NCBI GenBank assembly: GCA_032250835.1
Contig: JAVVEA010000015.1
Span: 22,758-86,757 of the forward strand
DNA: 64,000 bases
Reading direction: 5' to 3'
Origin: a bacterium
Lineage (GTDB): Bacteria > SAR324 > XYD2-FULL-50-16
The notes beneath the pieces were generated by a model, which was given only the letters and a program-made list of their open reading frames with translations, did no database searches and had not been told where the DNA came from. A program made the translations under genes and the position numbers. Shown here piece by piece: positions 28,407-38,379 of this stretch (its first letter is position 1; every line of letters begins with the position of its first letter).

Positions 28407-30494
28407 ATGATCGAATCCCTGATCCCTTTAGTCCCCATCTTGCCGCTCTTCGGAGCCATGGTCATGGGGTTCTTCGGCAAGCGAATCCAGGCCGCCTTCG
28501 GTGAAAATCTGACCGGAATTTTAGGCTGTACTGCACCCGCATTGGCGGCGCTGATCGCTTTCGGCAGTTTCTTTGAGTTGATCAGCCTGCCAGAAGAGGC
28601 CCGAGTGTTTGTCATCAAACTGGGCCAATGGGTCGGCGTGGCCGACTTCCAGGTAGAGTGGGCCTTCCGCTACGATCCGCTTTCGGCCTTAATGTTGATG
28701 ATCATCACCGGCATCGGCACGCTCATCCATATCTATTCGATGGGCTATATGCACGGCGACAAGAGCTTTTGGCGCTTCTTTAGCTACATCAACCTGTTCC
28801 TCGCGGCTATGTTGATGCTGGTCTTAGGCGACAACCTCTTGATCATGTTCTTGGGCTGGGAAGGGGTAGGCCTCTGCTCTTACCTGCTGATCGGCTTTTG
28901 GTTCACCAATTCGGATTACGCCTACGCCGGACGCAAGGCCTTTATTGTCAACCGGATCGGTGACTTAGGCTTTTTGACCGGTATGTTCTTGCTGATTTAC
29001 TTTTCGGCCATGCATTACGACATCGTGACGTTAAGTTACGGAGAATTAGCCAACCGCATGGAGGTGCTCTCTAAGCTTCAGATTTGGGGCCTGCCCATGT
29101 TAGAGGTGACGGCACTGGCCTTCTTCGTTGGGGCCATGGGTAAATCGGCTCAAATCCCCTTGTATGTCTGGCTACCCGACGCGATGGCCGGTCCGACCCC
29201 CGTTTCGGCTTTGATCCACGCGGCCACCATGGTGACCGCAGGCGTCTATATGATTGGCCGCATGTACTTTATGTACAGCATGGCCCCGATAGCGCTGCAA
29301 ACCATTTCTTTTGTCGCCGCCGCTACCTGTTTCCTCTCGGCGACCATCGGCATGGCCCAATATGACATCAAAAAGGTGTTGGCCTATTCGACGGTCTCTC
29401 AGCTCGGTTACATGTTCCTGGCCATGGGCGTCGGCGCTTATAGCGCAGGGATCTTCCACTTACTGACCCACGCCGCCTTTAAAGCTGCTTTGTTCATGGG
29501 CTCCGGGGCGATTATCGTCGCTTTGCACCACGAACAGGACATGCGCAAGATGGGTGGCTTGCTCAAGAAAATGCCCGTCACCGGTTATAGCTTCATTGCC
29601 GCGACGCTGGCGATCATGGGCTTCCCGTTGACTTCGGGTTTCTTCAGTAAAGACGAAATTCTTGAGAAGGCCTTCGAGCATGCCCCGGCCCTTTGGGTCT
29701 TGGCCTTTACCGCCGCAGGCATCACCAGCTTTTATATGTGGCGCTTGGTCTTCATGACATTCTTCGGGAAGTACCGGGGTGACGAGCATACCTGGGATCA
29801 TTGCGTTGAGCAGCCCAAACGCACTACCGTACCGGTAGCTATCTTGGCGGTGGCGGCTTTGACCTTAGGCTTCTTGAACGTGCCCGACTTCTTGGGTGGA
29901 AGCTACAGCTTCAGTAACTACTTGTCGCCGGTGGTCAAAGATATGGATGGCCACGCGCTCGAAGCTGGAGCGGTGCTTCATGCCGCTGCGGAACATGCCG
30001 CTGAGGCCGAAGAACACGGCGACCTTTGGATCGAATGGGCCTTGATGATTGGCTCGGTTCTTTGGACCTTCATTACCGCCGGATTGGCCTACTACTACTA
30101 CATGAAGGCTCCCCAGCAGCGCGAACGACTGATGGCCAAGGCCGGTCCCAAACGAATTTTTCAGGTTTTACACGACAAATATTATGTCGACGAGTTCTAC
30201 GACTGGGCTTTGATCCGGCCGTTGATCCGGTTGTTCCGTTTCTTAGCCAACTTCGACAAATACGTAGTCGATGGAGCGGTCAACCTAGCAGCCTTTTTAA
30301 GCAAAGGCTTGGCGCAGATAGCCGGCTTCCTCGACAAAGGCATTGTTGACGGTATTGTCAACGAATTGGCTTGGTTTTCCCAAGCAACCGGCAAAGGCTT
30401 TAGCTTGATGCAAAGCGGGCGAATCCAAGGTTTGGTCGCCAGTACGCTGGTACTTTTCACTGCGGTATTCGCATTGTTGATCTTTGTTCTTTAA
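28407..30494 (+). CDS. nuoL: Complex I subunit L
   Basis: GWEGVGLCSYLLIGFW, KAFIVNRIGD, KSAQIPLYVWLPDAMAGPTPVSALIHAATMVTAG. Confidence 0.96.
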   Translation: MIESLIPLVPILPLFGAMVMGFFGKRIQAAFGENLTGILGCTAPALAALIAFGSFFELISLPEEARVFVIKLGQWVGVADFQVEWAFRYDPLSALMLMIITGIGTLIHIYSMGYMHGDKSFWRFFSYINLFLAAMLMLVLGDNLLIMFLGWEGVGLCSYLLIGFWFTNSDYAYAGRKAFIVNRIGDLGFLTGMFLLIYFSAMHYDIVTLSYGELANRMEVLSKLQIWGLPMLEVTALAFFVGAMGKSAQIPLYVWLPDAMAGPTPVSALIHAATMVTAGVYMIGRMYFMYSMAPIALQTISFVAAATCFLSATIGMAQYDIKKVLAYSTVSQLGYMFLAMGVGAYSAGIFHLLTHAAFKAALFMGSGAIIVALHHEQDMRKMGGLLKKMPVTGYSFIAATLAIMGFPLTSGFFSKDEILEKAFEHAPALWVLAFTAAGITSFYMWRLVFMTFFGKYRGDEHTWDHCVEQPKRTTVPVAILAVAALTLGFLNVPDFLGGSYSFSNYLSPVVKDMDGHALEAGAVLHAAAEHAAEAEEHGDLWIEWALMIGSVLWTFITAGLAYYYYMKAPQQRERLMAKAGPKRIFQVLHDKYYVDEFYDWALIRPLIRLFRFLANFDKYVVDGAVNLAAFLSKGLAQIAGFLDKGIVDGIVNELAWFSQATGKGFSLMQSGRIQGLVASTLVLFTAVFALLIFVL

Positions 30495-30530
30495 CCAACC
30501 GACCGAAGGTCTTTACACTCTCTTGAGGTT

Positions 30531-32039
30531 ATGATGAGTCACATTCTGTCATGGGTTGTTTTCCTCCCCTTGATCGGGATTCCACTTCTGTTCCTGCTAC
30601 CCAAGGATAAAGGCAAGTGGATTGCCTTGGGGGTGACCATCGCCGATTTTCTGATCGGTATGCCCGTGATCATGGGCTACAACAAGACGATGGTCGGCGT
30701 CAGTAATCCTAGCGAGATGCAGTTCGTTGAACGGTTTTCCTGGATTCCTAGCTTGGGCGTCGAGTATTCGATCGGCGTGGATGGTCTGTCCATTACCATG
30801 ATCCTCTTGACCTTGTTGATCGGGATCTTGGGCGTCTTGGCTTCTTGGAACGTTAGCCAATTCGAGCGTGGATACTTCTCGATGTATCTACTCTTGCAGA
30901 CCGCCATGTTAGGCGTCTTCGTGGCGCTGGATTTGGTGCTCTTCTTTATCTTCTGGGAAGTGATGCTCTTCCCTATGTATTTCTTGATCGGTGTCTGGGG
31001 CGGTCCGCGCCGGATTTACGCGGCCATCAAGTTCTTCTTGTATACCCTCTTCGGTGGTGTGGGTATGCTGTTGGCCTTTATCGCCATGTGGTACTACGCT
31101 CCGGGGGAACGGACCTGGGATATGGTTGAACTGCTCCAGCGGGTTGCCGCAGGCGGTCAGTTTGACGGACCTGACATCTTCGGGGTGGCCTTCACCAAGA
31201 TGGTCTTCGTGGTGCTCTTCATTGGCTTTGCGATCAAAGTGCCGATCTTTCCCTTCCACACTTGGTTGCCTGACGCGCACGTCGAGGCCCCCACGGCAAT
31301 CTCGGTGATCTTAGCCGGTGTGTTGCTGAAGATGGGGACTTACGGTTTCTTACGGATCAACTTTACCTTGTTCCCCGAAGCCTTCGACTGGTTCCGTGAC
31401 TTCTTGGTTGCCTTAGCGGTGATCAACATCGTCTACGGTGCGCTCTGCGCCCTGGCGCAGTCCGACTTAAAGAAGATGGTCGCCTACAGCTCAATCAGCC
31501 ACATGGGCTTTATTTTGCTCGGTATTGCTGCCGCCACGCCCCAGGGCATCAACGGCGCTATGTTGCAAATGTTCAACCATGGTACCATCACCGCCATGCT
31601 CTTCTTGTTGGTCGGTGTGGTTTATGACCGTGCCCACCACCGCCAGATCGACGGGTTCGGCGGCTTAGCCGCTAGGACGCCGGTCTTTGCCGCCTTGACC
31701 AGCGCGGCCTTTATGGCTGCGGTTGGTTTACCTGGCTTCTCCGGCTTTATCAGTGAGTTGCTGATTCTTGCAGGTAGTTTTAAAGTTTACCAGGTGCCCA
31801 CCATCATTGCCGGTTTGGGCATCATCTTCGGTGCTGGATACATGCTCTGGGCATACCAGCGCGTGTTCTTCGGCAAGTTGAACGAGAAATATGCCGATAT
31901 GCCCGACGTAAATCGGGTGGAGGTGATTTCCCTGTTGCCCCTGTTGGTGATCGTGGTCTATCTCGGGATTTTCCCCAACAACCTGATCGTCTTCTTCGAG
32001 GCTTCGATGAACCACATCAGCGAACTGTTGCTGCACTAA
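30531..32039 (+). CDS. nuoM: Complex I subunit M
   Basis: FFIFWEVMLFPMYFLIGVWG, KVPIFPFHTWLPDAHVEAPT, AYSSISHMG. Confidence 0.96.
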   Translation: MMSHILSWVVFLPLIGIPLLFLLPKDKGKWIALGVTIADFLIGMPVIMGYNKTMVGVSNPSEMQFVERFSWIPSLGVEYSIGVDGLSITMILLTLLIGILGVLASWNVSQFERGYFSMYLLLQTAMLGVFVALDLVLFFIFWEVMLFPMYFLIGVWGGPRRIYAAIKFFLYTLFGGVGMLLAFIAMWYYAPGERTWDMVELLQRVAAGGQFDGPDIFGVAFTKMVFVVLFIGFAIKVPIFPFHTWLPDAHVEAPTAISVILAGVLLKMGTYGFLRINFTLFPEAFDWFRDFLVALAVINIVYGALCALAQSDLKKMVAYSSISHMGFILLGIAAATPQGINGAMLQMFNHGTITAMLFLLVGVVYDRAHHRQIDGFGGLAARTPVFAALTSAAFMAAVGLPGFSGFISELLILAGSFKVYQVPTIIAGLGIIFGAGYMLWAYQRVFFGKLNEKYADMPDVNRVEVISLLPLLVIVVYLGIFPNNLIVFFEASMNHISELLLH

Positions 32040-32072
32040 GAAGGCTCAAAGAATTGAAGCAAAGGTTATAGG

Positions 32073-33500
32073 ATGTTCAATACGCTACCCTTTCTCGCAT
32101 TTTTGCCGGCCCATATTCTGCTCGCTTTGGCTATGCTCTTCTTCTTTGCGGGGAAGGCGGTGCCGGGCTTGAGGAAAATGCCGGTAACCCCGCTTTTTCT
32201 GTTGGTCTTGGCCGGGGCCTTCGCCTTTGAGGCGATGGGTGAAGGGTCCCACGAGATCTTCTTTGGGATGATTGTGGTCGATAGCTTCTCTAGGCTCTAC
32301 GACCAGATATATTACCTCGTCACGGCCATTGTTGTCTTGATGTTGCACTATTCAGACGAAGTGGACCGCGACAATGACTGGGAAAACTTCGGTCTTTTGT
32401 CTTGCTTGTTGCTGGGCATGATGTTCATGACCAACTCTAGCCACCTCTTGATGGCCGTGATCGGCATCGAAATGGTTTCTTTGCCTAGCTATTTGCTGGT
32501 GGCGATGAATCGCAAGGTGGCTGCGGCTAAGGAAGCGAGCTTGAAGTATGTGCTCTTCGGCAGTTTCGCCACGGGCATCATGCTCTACGGTATGTCTTTG
32601 CTCTTTGGTCTGACCGGGTCTTTGGCCTTCGCCGATATTTGGAGTGGTTTGGACGGCTCTGTGGTGGGCTCACCGGTCTACTATTTGGCGATTGGTATGA
32701 CCTTAGCGGGTATGGCCTTTAAAGTCGCTGCCGTGCCCTTCCACTTCTGGTGCCCTGATGCTTACCAAGCGGCTCCGACCCCGGTGACTGCGTTTTTGAG
32801 CGTGGCCCCAAAGGTCGCTGGTTTGGCTTTGATGATGCGCTTTTTTGCCGAGCATATGGCGGTACAGGGCGAGAGCTTGACGCTGATGTTGTCGATCATC
32901 TCCATGGCAACCATGACCCTGGGCAACTTTGCCGCTCTAAAACAGACCGACATCAAACGGCTGTTGGCTTATTCGTCTATCTCTCACGCCGGGTTCTTGT
33001 TAATGGGGGTCACGGTGCTGAACGCTGACGGGCGTCAGGCGGTGTTCTTTTATATCCCCATCTATCTTTTGATGAACTTAGGTGCCTTTATGGTGGTGAT
33101 TTTGCTCTCAAAGGAGCAGAATTTTCAAATCAGTTCCTTTAAAGGTGCCATTAAAGCCAACCCATTATTGGTCGTGGCTTTTGCGGTTTGCAGCTTCAGT
33201 TTAGCGGGTATTCCGCCCTTCGCTGGATTTGTGGGTAAGTTTTATCTCTTTAAAGCCAGCTTAGAAAAAGGTTTATACCTGCTCTTGCTGGTGGCGGGGA
33301 TCAACTCGGTGGTGGCACTCTTTTATTATGTGAACGTCCTTAAGGTGATGATCATTGATAAAGAAGCCCAGCCGATGGTCCCACTGACCCAACGAATCCC
33401 TCTGGTTTTTGTGACCAGTTGCGCTGTGCCGCTCGTCTTTTTAGGCATCTATTGGGTGCCTTTATTACACTGGGCCGAAAAAGTTCGACTATTCCAGTAA
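32073..33500 (+). CDS. nuoN: Complex I subunit N
   Basis: EASLKYVLFG, FKVAAVPFHFWCPDAYQAAPTP, KRLLAYSSISHAG, SLAGIPPFAGF. Confidence 0.96.
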   Translation: MFNTLPFLAFLPAHILLALAMLFFFAGKAVPGLRKMPVTPLFLLVLAGAFAFEAMGEGSHEIFFGMIVVDSFSRLYDQIYYLVTAIVVLMLHYSDEVDRDNDWENFGLLSCLLLGMMFMTNSSHLLMAVIGIEMVSLPSYLLVAMNRKVAAAKEASLKYVLFGSFATGIMLYGMSLLFGLTGSLAFADIWSGLDGSVVGSPVYYLAIGMTLAGMAFKVAAVPFHFWCPDAYQAAPTPVTAFLSVAPKVAGLALMMRFFAEHMAVQGESLTLMLSIISMATMTLGNFAALKQTDIKRLLAYSSISHAGFLLMGVTVLNADGRQAVFFYIPIYLLMNLGAFMVVILLSKEQNFQISSFKGAIKANPLLVVAFAVCSFSLAGIPPFAGFVGKFYLFKASLEKGLYLLLLVAGINSVVALFYYVNVLKVMIIDKEAQPMVPLTQRIPLVFVTSCAVPLVFLGIYWVPLLHWAEKVRLFQ

Positions 33501-33540
33501 ATAAGCCAACCAAAAGGGTCGGTTCGGATAATAATTGGGT

Positions 33541-33569
33541 TTGACGGAGCGGGGTCGGACCCATACAAT
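33541..33569 (+). promoter_or_regulatory. Putative sigma70 promoter for the oxidoreductase gene
   Basis: TTGACG-N17-TACAAT, 78 bp upstream of ATG 33647. Confidence 0.6.
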
Positions 33570-33646
33570 CACAGACGGCGCAATGGTATCCATCAAAGGC
33601 CGATGGACCCTCCCGCGAACGCATTGAATTATCTTTCAGGTACTCC

Positions 33647-36600
33647 ATGAGCAAGCCCAAATATCCCGGTATCCGAACCACCACGAACGGCAACACTCTG
33701 GTTGCCTACTACACCGAAGCGCGCATTGCCGAGGCGGGGATTTTTTACCCCATCACACCCTCGACTGAAATGGGCGAAAACTTTCAGCTTTCCTTTGCCC
33801 AAGGGGAATTGAACGTCTTTGGTCAGGTCAAAATTGCCTTGGAAACCGAAGGTGAGCACGCGGCCCAGTCGGGCGCGATTGCCGCTTCGACGACTGGCAA
33901 ACGGGTGGTCAACTTTACCTCCGGTCAAGGTGTGGTCTATGGCGCTGAGCCTTACTACCATGCCCCTAGTAAATTTAGCACCATGGTGCTCCAGATCGCG
34001 GCGCGCGCACTGACCAAGTCAGCGTTGAACGTCCACTGTGGACACGACGACGTCTATTCGGTCTTAGATACCGGCTGGACCATGTTGTTCGCTAAAGATG
34101 CCCAGCAGGCCTCGGATCAATCGATGATCCTGCGCCGGGTCAATGAGCTGAGCCTCAACCCCGGCATCAACTGCCAAGACGGCTTCTTGACCAGCCACTT
34201 GGAGCGTACCTTCTTGATCCCCGAAGCCGAACTGATCCGCGAGTATCTGGGCCGTCCTGAGGACATGATCGACTGCCCCAATGAGTCGCAGCGTCAGTTA
34301 TTCGGACCCAAGCGCCGCCGTGTTCCCATTGGCATGGACCTGAAGAGCCCCGTTTTGATGGGCCCCGTCCAAAACCAGGAACACTACATGGGGGGCGTGA
34401 TCGCTCGGCGCAACCACTTCGTTGAGCCGATCTTAGGCTTTTTAGAGCAAGCCTACGAAGAATTTGGCAAACTGACGGGCCGCAACTATGGTTTGATCAG
34501 CCAGTACAACTGCGAAAAGGCGGATACCGTCTTCGTATCGCTAGGCTCCTCGGCTGAAAACATGGAAGCCGCCAGCGACTACCTTAAAGGTAAAGGCCAG
34601 GAATCCTTTGGGGTGATCCACCTCAACGTGATCCGCCCCTTCCCCGAGGCCGCAGTGGTCAACGCCCTGCGCGGTAAGAAGAATGTGGTTATCTTAGAGC
34701 GCATGGACGACCAGACCGCTTCAGATAACCCGATGGCCCGCGACATCCGCACCGCTTTATCTAAGGCTCTGACCAATTCAAAGACCAAGGCCTTTGACTA
34801 CCTGCCTTCGATCACCGATGCCGAAATGCCCCGCCTCTTCAGCGGCGTCTATGGTTTAGGCAGCCGCGACTTCCGCCCCGAAGGCGTGTTGGGTGCCTTT
34901 GACTTTGTGACCGGCAAGTCGGCCCGCCAGGATGGCAAGAAAGCCTCTGATGGCGTCAGCTTCTTCTACGTTGGGGTGGATCACCCCTACTCGGTTGAAT
35001 CCCAAGACAAGCCTAGCCTCCTGCCGGACGGCTCTATCGCCATCCGCTTCCACTCCATTGGTGGTTGGGGTGCGATCACGACCGGTAAAAACTTGGGCGA
35101 AATCATCGGTAGTATCTCTAACTACGTAGCCGAACGCGATGGGTTGTTTGAAGAGAATGGCTCCCCTAAAGAGGTCTTCCATATCTCGGCGAACCCTAAG
35201 TATGGCTCAGAAAAAAAGGGTGCCCCGACCAACTATTTCTTGGTCGCCGCTCCTGAGCGGATTCGGGTTAACTGTGATTTGCGCCACGTAGACGTGGTTC
35301 TTTGCTGCGACCCCAAGGCCTTCACCCACACCAACCCGCTCAACGGGCTCAACCCCGGCGGCGCGTTGATTATCGAGACCGACGAAACCACTTCAGCAGG
35401 GCTCTGGGGCCGCATCCCCAAGCAGTACCGCCAGTGGATCATCGACAACCAAATCCGCATCTACGGCTTGGCCGGTTTTGCGGTGGCTCGCAACGCCACG
35501 GAGCGTGAAGACCTCCAGTACCGTATGCAGGGCAACAGCTTCTTGGGGGCCTTCTTTAAGGTCTCTCCGATGCTCAAGGATTACAACATCCCCGAAGATG
35601 GTTTCTTGGAAATCGTCGAGGCCCAGTACAACAAAAAGTTTGGACGCTTCGGCGACGCCGTGGTGTCTTCAAACATGACCGTAATGACCGAAGGCTTTAA
35701 GGGCGTTTGGCAAGCCGAATACGGCCAAGTGGACGATGTCGATGGCTCGGCCATGCGCGGTCCCCGCTTGCTTCCGGTTAGCGGTAAGGCTCGTTTCGAC
35801 GAACATGACGAAAAAGGCAAGCAAACCGCTAAGGTTCCTTACCACTCAGTTGAAGCCTACAATGCTGAGTTTAAGGCGGGCTACGGTTACGACCAGCCCT
35901 CTACGGTGTTGGCTTCGACCGGTGTGATGGCTGCGGCTTCTGCGGCGACTAACTCAAAGTATGTAAGCCGCCGCCGGGTGCCGATCTTTTACCCGGAAAA
36001 CTGTACCCAGTGTATGGCCTGCATCACCTCCTGTCCCGATACGGCTATGCCGAACGCGGCCCAGGACATCAGCACTGTCTTGAAGGCGGCTATCTCTAAT
36101 TACGTTAGCGATGCCGCTGCCGTTAAGGTTCTGCTAGACGCAGTCCCCAGCTTGGATCAGAGCCTACGCGAAGCGATGATGTCGCAGATTCAAGAGAACA
36201 AAAACGAGGCCAAGAGCTTTACCGTTCTGGTTTCAGAAGCCCTTAAGACGGTAGACGTCTCTGAAGCGGCTAAGCAAGAGTTGTTGGGCATCATCGAAAA
36301 GGTCCCCATGGCTTACGCCAAGAGCCGACCGATCTTCGAGTTGCCCGAAAAGAAAGAAAAAGGCGCAGGCGGCCTCTTCACCATCATGATCAGTGACCTC
36401 TGCAAGGGTTGCGGTGAGTGTGTGGTGGAATGTGGCGACCACAAAGCCCTTTCAATGATCGAAGAAACCGAAGAGATCAACGGTGAGCACGCCACGGGTA
36501 TTGCCTTCTTAGACCTGCTGCCGGACACTTCTTCTAAGTTCTTGGGTAAGTTTGACGCGGCCAACATGGTGGAAACCTCTAAAGGGGTGCTGCACAACCA

Positions 36601-38221
36601 CTTGATGATCCGCACCAACTATGACGCACTGGTTTCTGGTGACGGTGCCTGTGCTGGTTGTGGTGAAAAAACCGTCCTTCGGGCTACGGCGACGATCACC
36701 GAAGCCTTCATGCGGCCTTTGTACCACGAGAAGGCCAACCGCCTTGAAGGCAAAGCTAAGAGCTTGGTTTCCGGTGGGGTTAAGATGCTGGCGGACCTCA
36801 AAGCCAAAGACGAAGAGGCCTACAAATGGTGGCGTGCAAGCTTGCTGCACCTAGTTATGGGCTTCGGCGGCGAGAACGAAAAAGACAGCTTGGTCCAGAT
36901 GGAAGGCTTTGGTGGCGATGACGCCGAATTGATCAACGCCTTGGATCTGGTCTTGCGCCAAGACGCCTTCAACCACCGCGATTTGCGCGCTGTGGACGGT
37001 CGTTATGCCAACGGTATGAGTGTGATGATGATGACCAGTTCGACTGGTTGTAACTCGGTTTATGGCTCAACCCACCCGAACAACCCGCACCAGTACCCCT
37101 GGATGAACAGCCTGTTCCAAGACAGCCCCACGCTGGCTTGGGCCTTTGGCGAAACCATGATCATGGACCACTCGAAACGCTCCGTATTACCTGAGCGGAT
37201 CGCCGATGCCTTGATCGAAGGTAAGGGCTTGACCCAGACCCAGTACTTCCGTTTCACCCACTTTACCGATGCTGAGATGACCGATCAGGAAATCTTGGAA
37301 CTGCCCAAGGTTTGGGCCATCGGTGGCGACGGCGCTATGGGGGATATTGGTTTCCAGAACCTCTCTAAAGTGGTGCTGCAAAACCGGCCCAACGTGAAGT
37401 GTCTGATGCTCGATACCCAAGTCTACTCGAACACCGGCGGTCAGAACTCTGACTCTTCGGTAATGCCCGGTGGTTTCGACATGAACCAGTACGGTAAGGC
37501 TACCGAAGGCAAGATGATCGAGCGTAAGGAAGTGACCAGTATCCTGATGGCGGGCCATGGTAGCCCCTTTGTGGCACAGGTAAGTATGGCCAACTCGGCC
37601 AATCTCCTCAAGGCCGTCTTGGACGCGGTAACCTACCGTGGCACGGCTTATATCCAAAGCTTCACCACCTGCCAGCCGGAGCATGGCGTGGCCGACGATG
37701 TGTCGACCGTACAAGCTCAGTTGGTGCGTGACTCACGGGCTATGCCGGAACTGGTCTTTAATCCTTCAGAAGGGGAAACCTACTACGAGGCACTTTCTCT
37801 TAAGGGCAACCCGAACGCTAAAAACGACTGGTTGATCAAAAAAGACCCCGAAGGCAATCCTTACAACTACACCGTAGCCCACTGGGCGACCACCGAAGCC
37901 CGCTTCAGAAAGCACTTCTTTAAGGTCGAAAAGGGTGGCGAGGCGCAGTTGGAGCATTTGGATTCAGCCTTAGCACGCCTCAGCCAGGACGACGTGGTTT
38001 ACCGCCGGTTCCTAATTCCCGGCCACCGTGCCTTTGTGCCGGAAAAGGGGGTGTATATTTTGGTTGAAAAGAAGGGCAAGATGGTCCCCATGGGCATCAG
38101 CCGTCAATTGGTCTTATTCTGCGTCGAGCGGCGTAAGAACTGGCGGATGTTGCAGTCTATGGCAGGCGTCCCCAACGAAGATTACAAAGCCCAACGCGAG
38201 CATTTAGCTTCGTTGAAGTAA
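33647..38221 (+). CDS. Fused pyruvate/2-oxoacid:ferredoxin (flavodoxin) oxidoreductase, long form (1524 aa)
   Basis: YPITPS (alpha), FHSIGGWGAITTGK and YGSEKKG (gamma), CTQCMACITSCP and CKGCGECVVECG (delta Fe-S), GACAGCGE and GGDGAMGDIG...DTQVYSNTGGQ (beta, TPP). Confidence 0.92.
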   Translation: MSKPKYPGIRTTTNGNTLVAYYTEARIAEAGIFYPITPSTEMGENFQLSFAQGELNVFGQVKIALETEGEHAAQSGAIAASTTGKRVVNFTSGQGVVYGAEPYYHAPSKFSTMVLQIAARALTKSALNVHCGHDDVYSVLDTGWTMLFAKDAQQASDQSMILRRVNELSLNPGINCQDGFLTSHLERTFLIPEAELIREYLGRPEDMIDCPNESQRQLFGPKRRRVPIGMDLKSPVLMGPVQNQEHYMGGVIARRNHFVEPILGFLEQAYEEFGKLTGRNYGLISQYNCEKADTVFVSLGSSAENMEAASDYLKGKGQESFGVIHLNVIRPFPEAAVVNALRGKKNVVILERMDDQTASDNPMARDIRTALSKALTNSKTKAFDYLPSITDAEMPRLFSGVYGLGSRDFRPEGVLGAFDFVTGKSARQDGKKASDGVSFFYVGVDHPYSVESQDKPSLLPDGSIAIRFHSIGGWGAITTGKNLGEIIGSISNYVAERDGLFEENGSPKEVFHISANPKYGSEKKGAPTNYFLVAAPERIRVNCDLRHVDVVLCCDPKAFTHTNPLNGLNPGGALIIETDETTSAGLWGRIPKQYRQWIIDNQIRIYGLAGFAVARNATEREDLQYRMQGNSFLGAFFKVSPMLKDYNIPEDGFLEIVEAQYNKKFGRFGDAVVSSNMTVMTEGFKGVWQAEYGQVDDVDGSAMRGPRLLPVSGKARFDEHDEKGKQTAKVPYHSVEAYNAEFKAGYGYDQPSTVLASTGVMAAASAATNSKYVSRRRVPIFYPENCTQCMACITSCPDTAMPNAAQDISTVLKAAISNYVSDAAAVKVLLDAVPSLDQSLREAMMSQIQENKNEAKSFTVLVSEALKTVDVSEAAKQELLGIIEKVPMAYAKSRPIFELPEKKEKGAGGLFTIMISDLCKGCGECVVECGDHKALSMIEETEEINGEHATGIAFLDLLPDTSSKFLGKFDAANMVETSKGVLHNHLMIRTNYDALVSGDGACAGCGEKTVLRATATITEAFMRPLYHEKANRLEGKAKSLVSGGVKMLADLKAKDEEAYKWWRASLLHLVMGFGGENEKDSLVQMEGFGGDDAELINALDLVLRQDAFNHRDLRAVDGRYANGMSVMMMTSSTGCNSVYGSTHPNNPHQYPWMNSLFQDSPTLAWAFGETMIMDHSKRSVLPERIADALIEGKGLTQTQYFRFTHFTDAEMTDQEILELPKVWAIGGDGAMGDIGFQNLSKVVLQNRPNVKCLMLDTQVYSNTGGQNSDSSVMPGGFDMNQYGKATEGKMIERKEVTSILMAGHGSPFVAQVSMANSANLLKAVLDAVTYRGTAYIQSFTTCQPEHGVADDVSTVQAQLVRDSRAMPELVFNPSEGETYYEALSLKGNPNAKNDWLIKKDPEGNPYNYTVAHWATTEARFRKHFFKVEKGGEAQLEHLDSALARLSQDDVVYRRFLIPGHRAFVPEKGVYILVEKKGKMVPMGISRQLVLFCVERRKNWRMLQSMAGVPNEDYKAQREHLASLK

Positions 38222-38237
38222 GCTTTTAGAAACCTAT

Positions 38238-38270
38238 AAAAAAGGGTCGCTTCGGCGGCCCTTTTTTTTT
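38238..38270 (+). terminator. Rho-independent terminator
   Basis: AAAAAAGGGTCGC-TTCG-GCGGCCCTTTTTTTTT. Confidence 0.9.
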
Positions 38271-38379
38271 GCCCTCCAGTTGGCTTGATTTAGGAAAACA
38301 AGGGGTTTATTAGCCTTCTATCGGTCATTCATTTTTTTGAGCCTTTTAATGGGCATTTCACCTGCGTCATCTGGCAACC

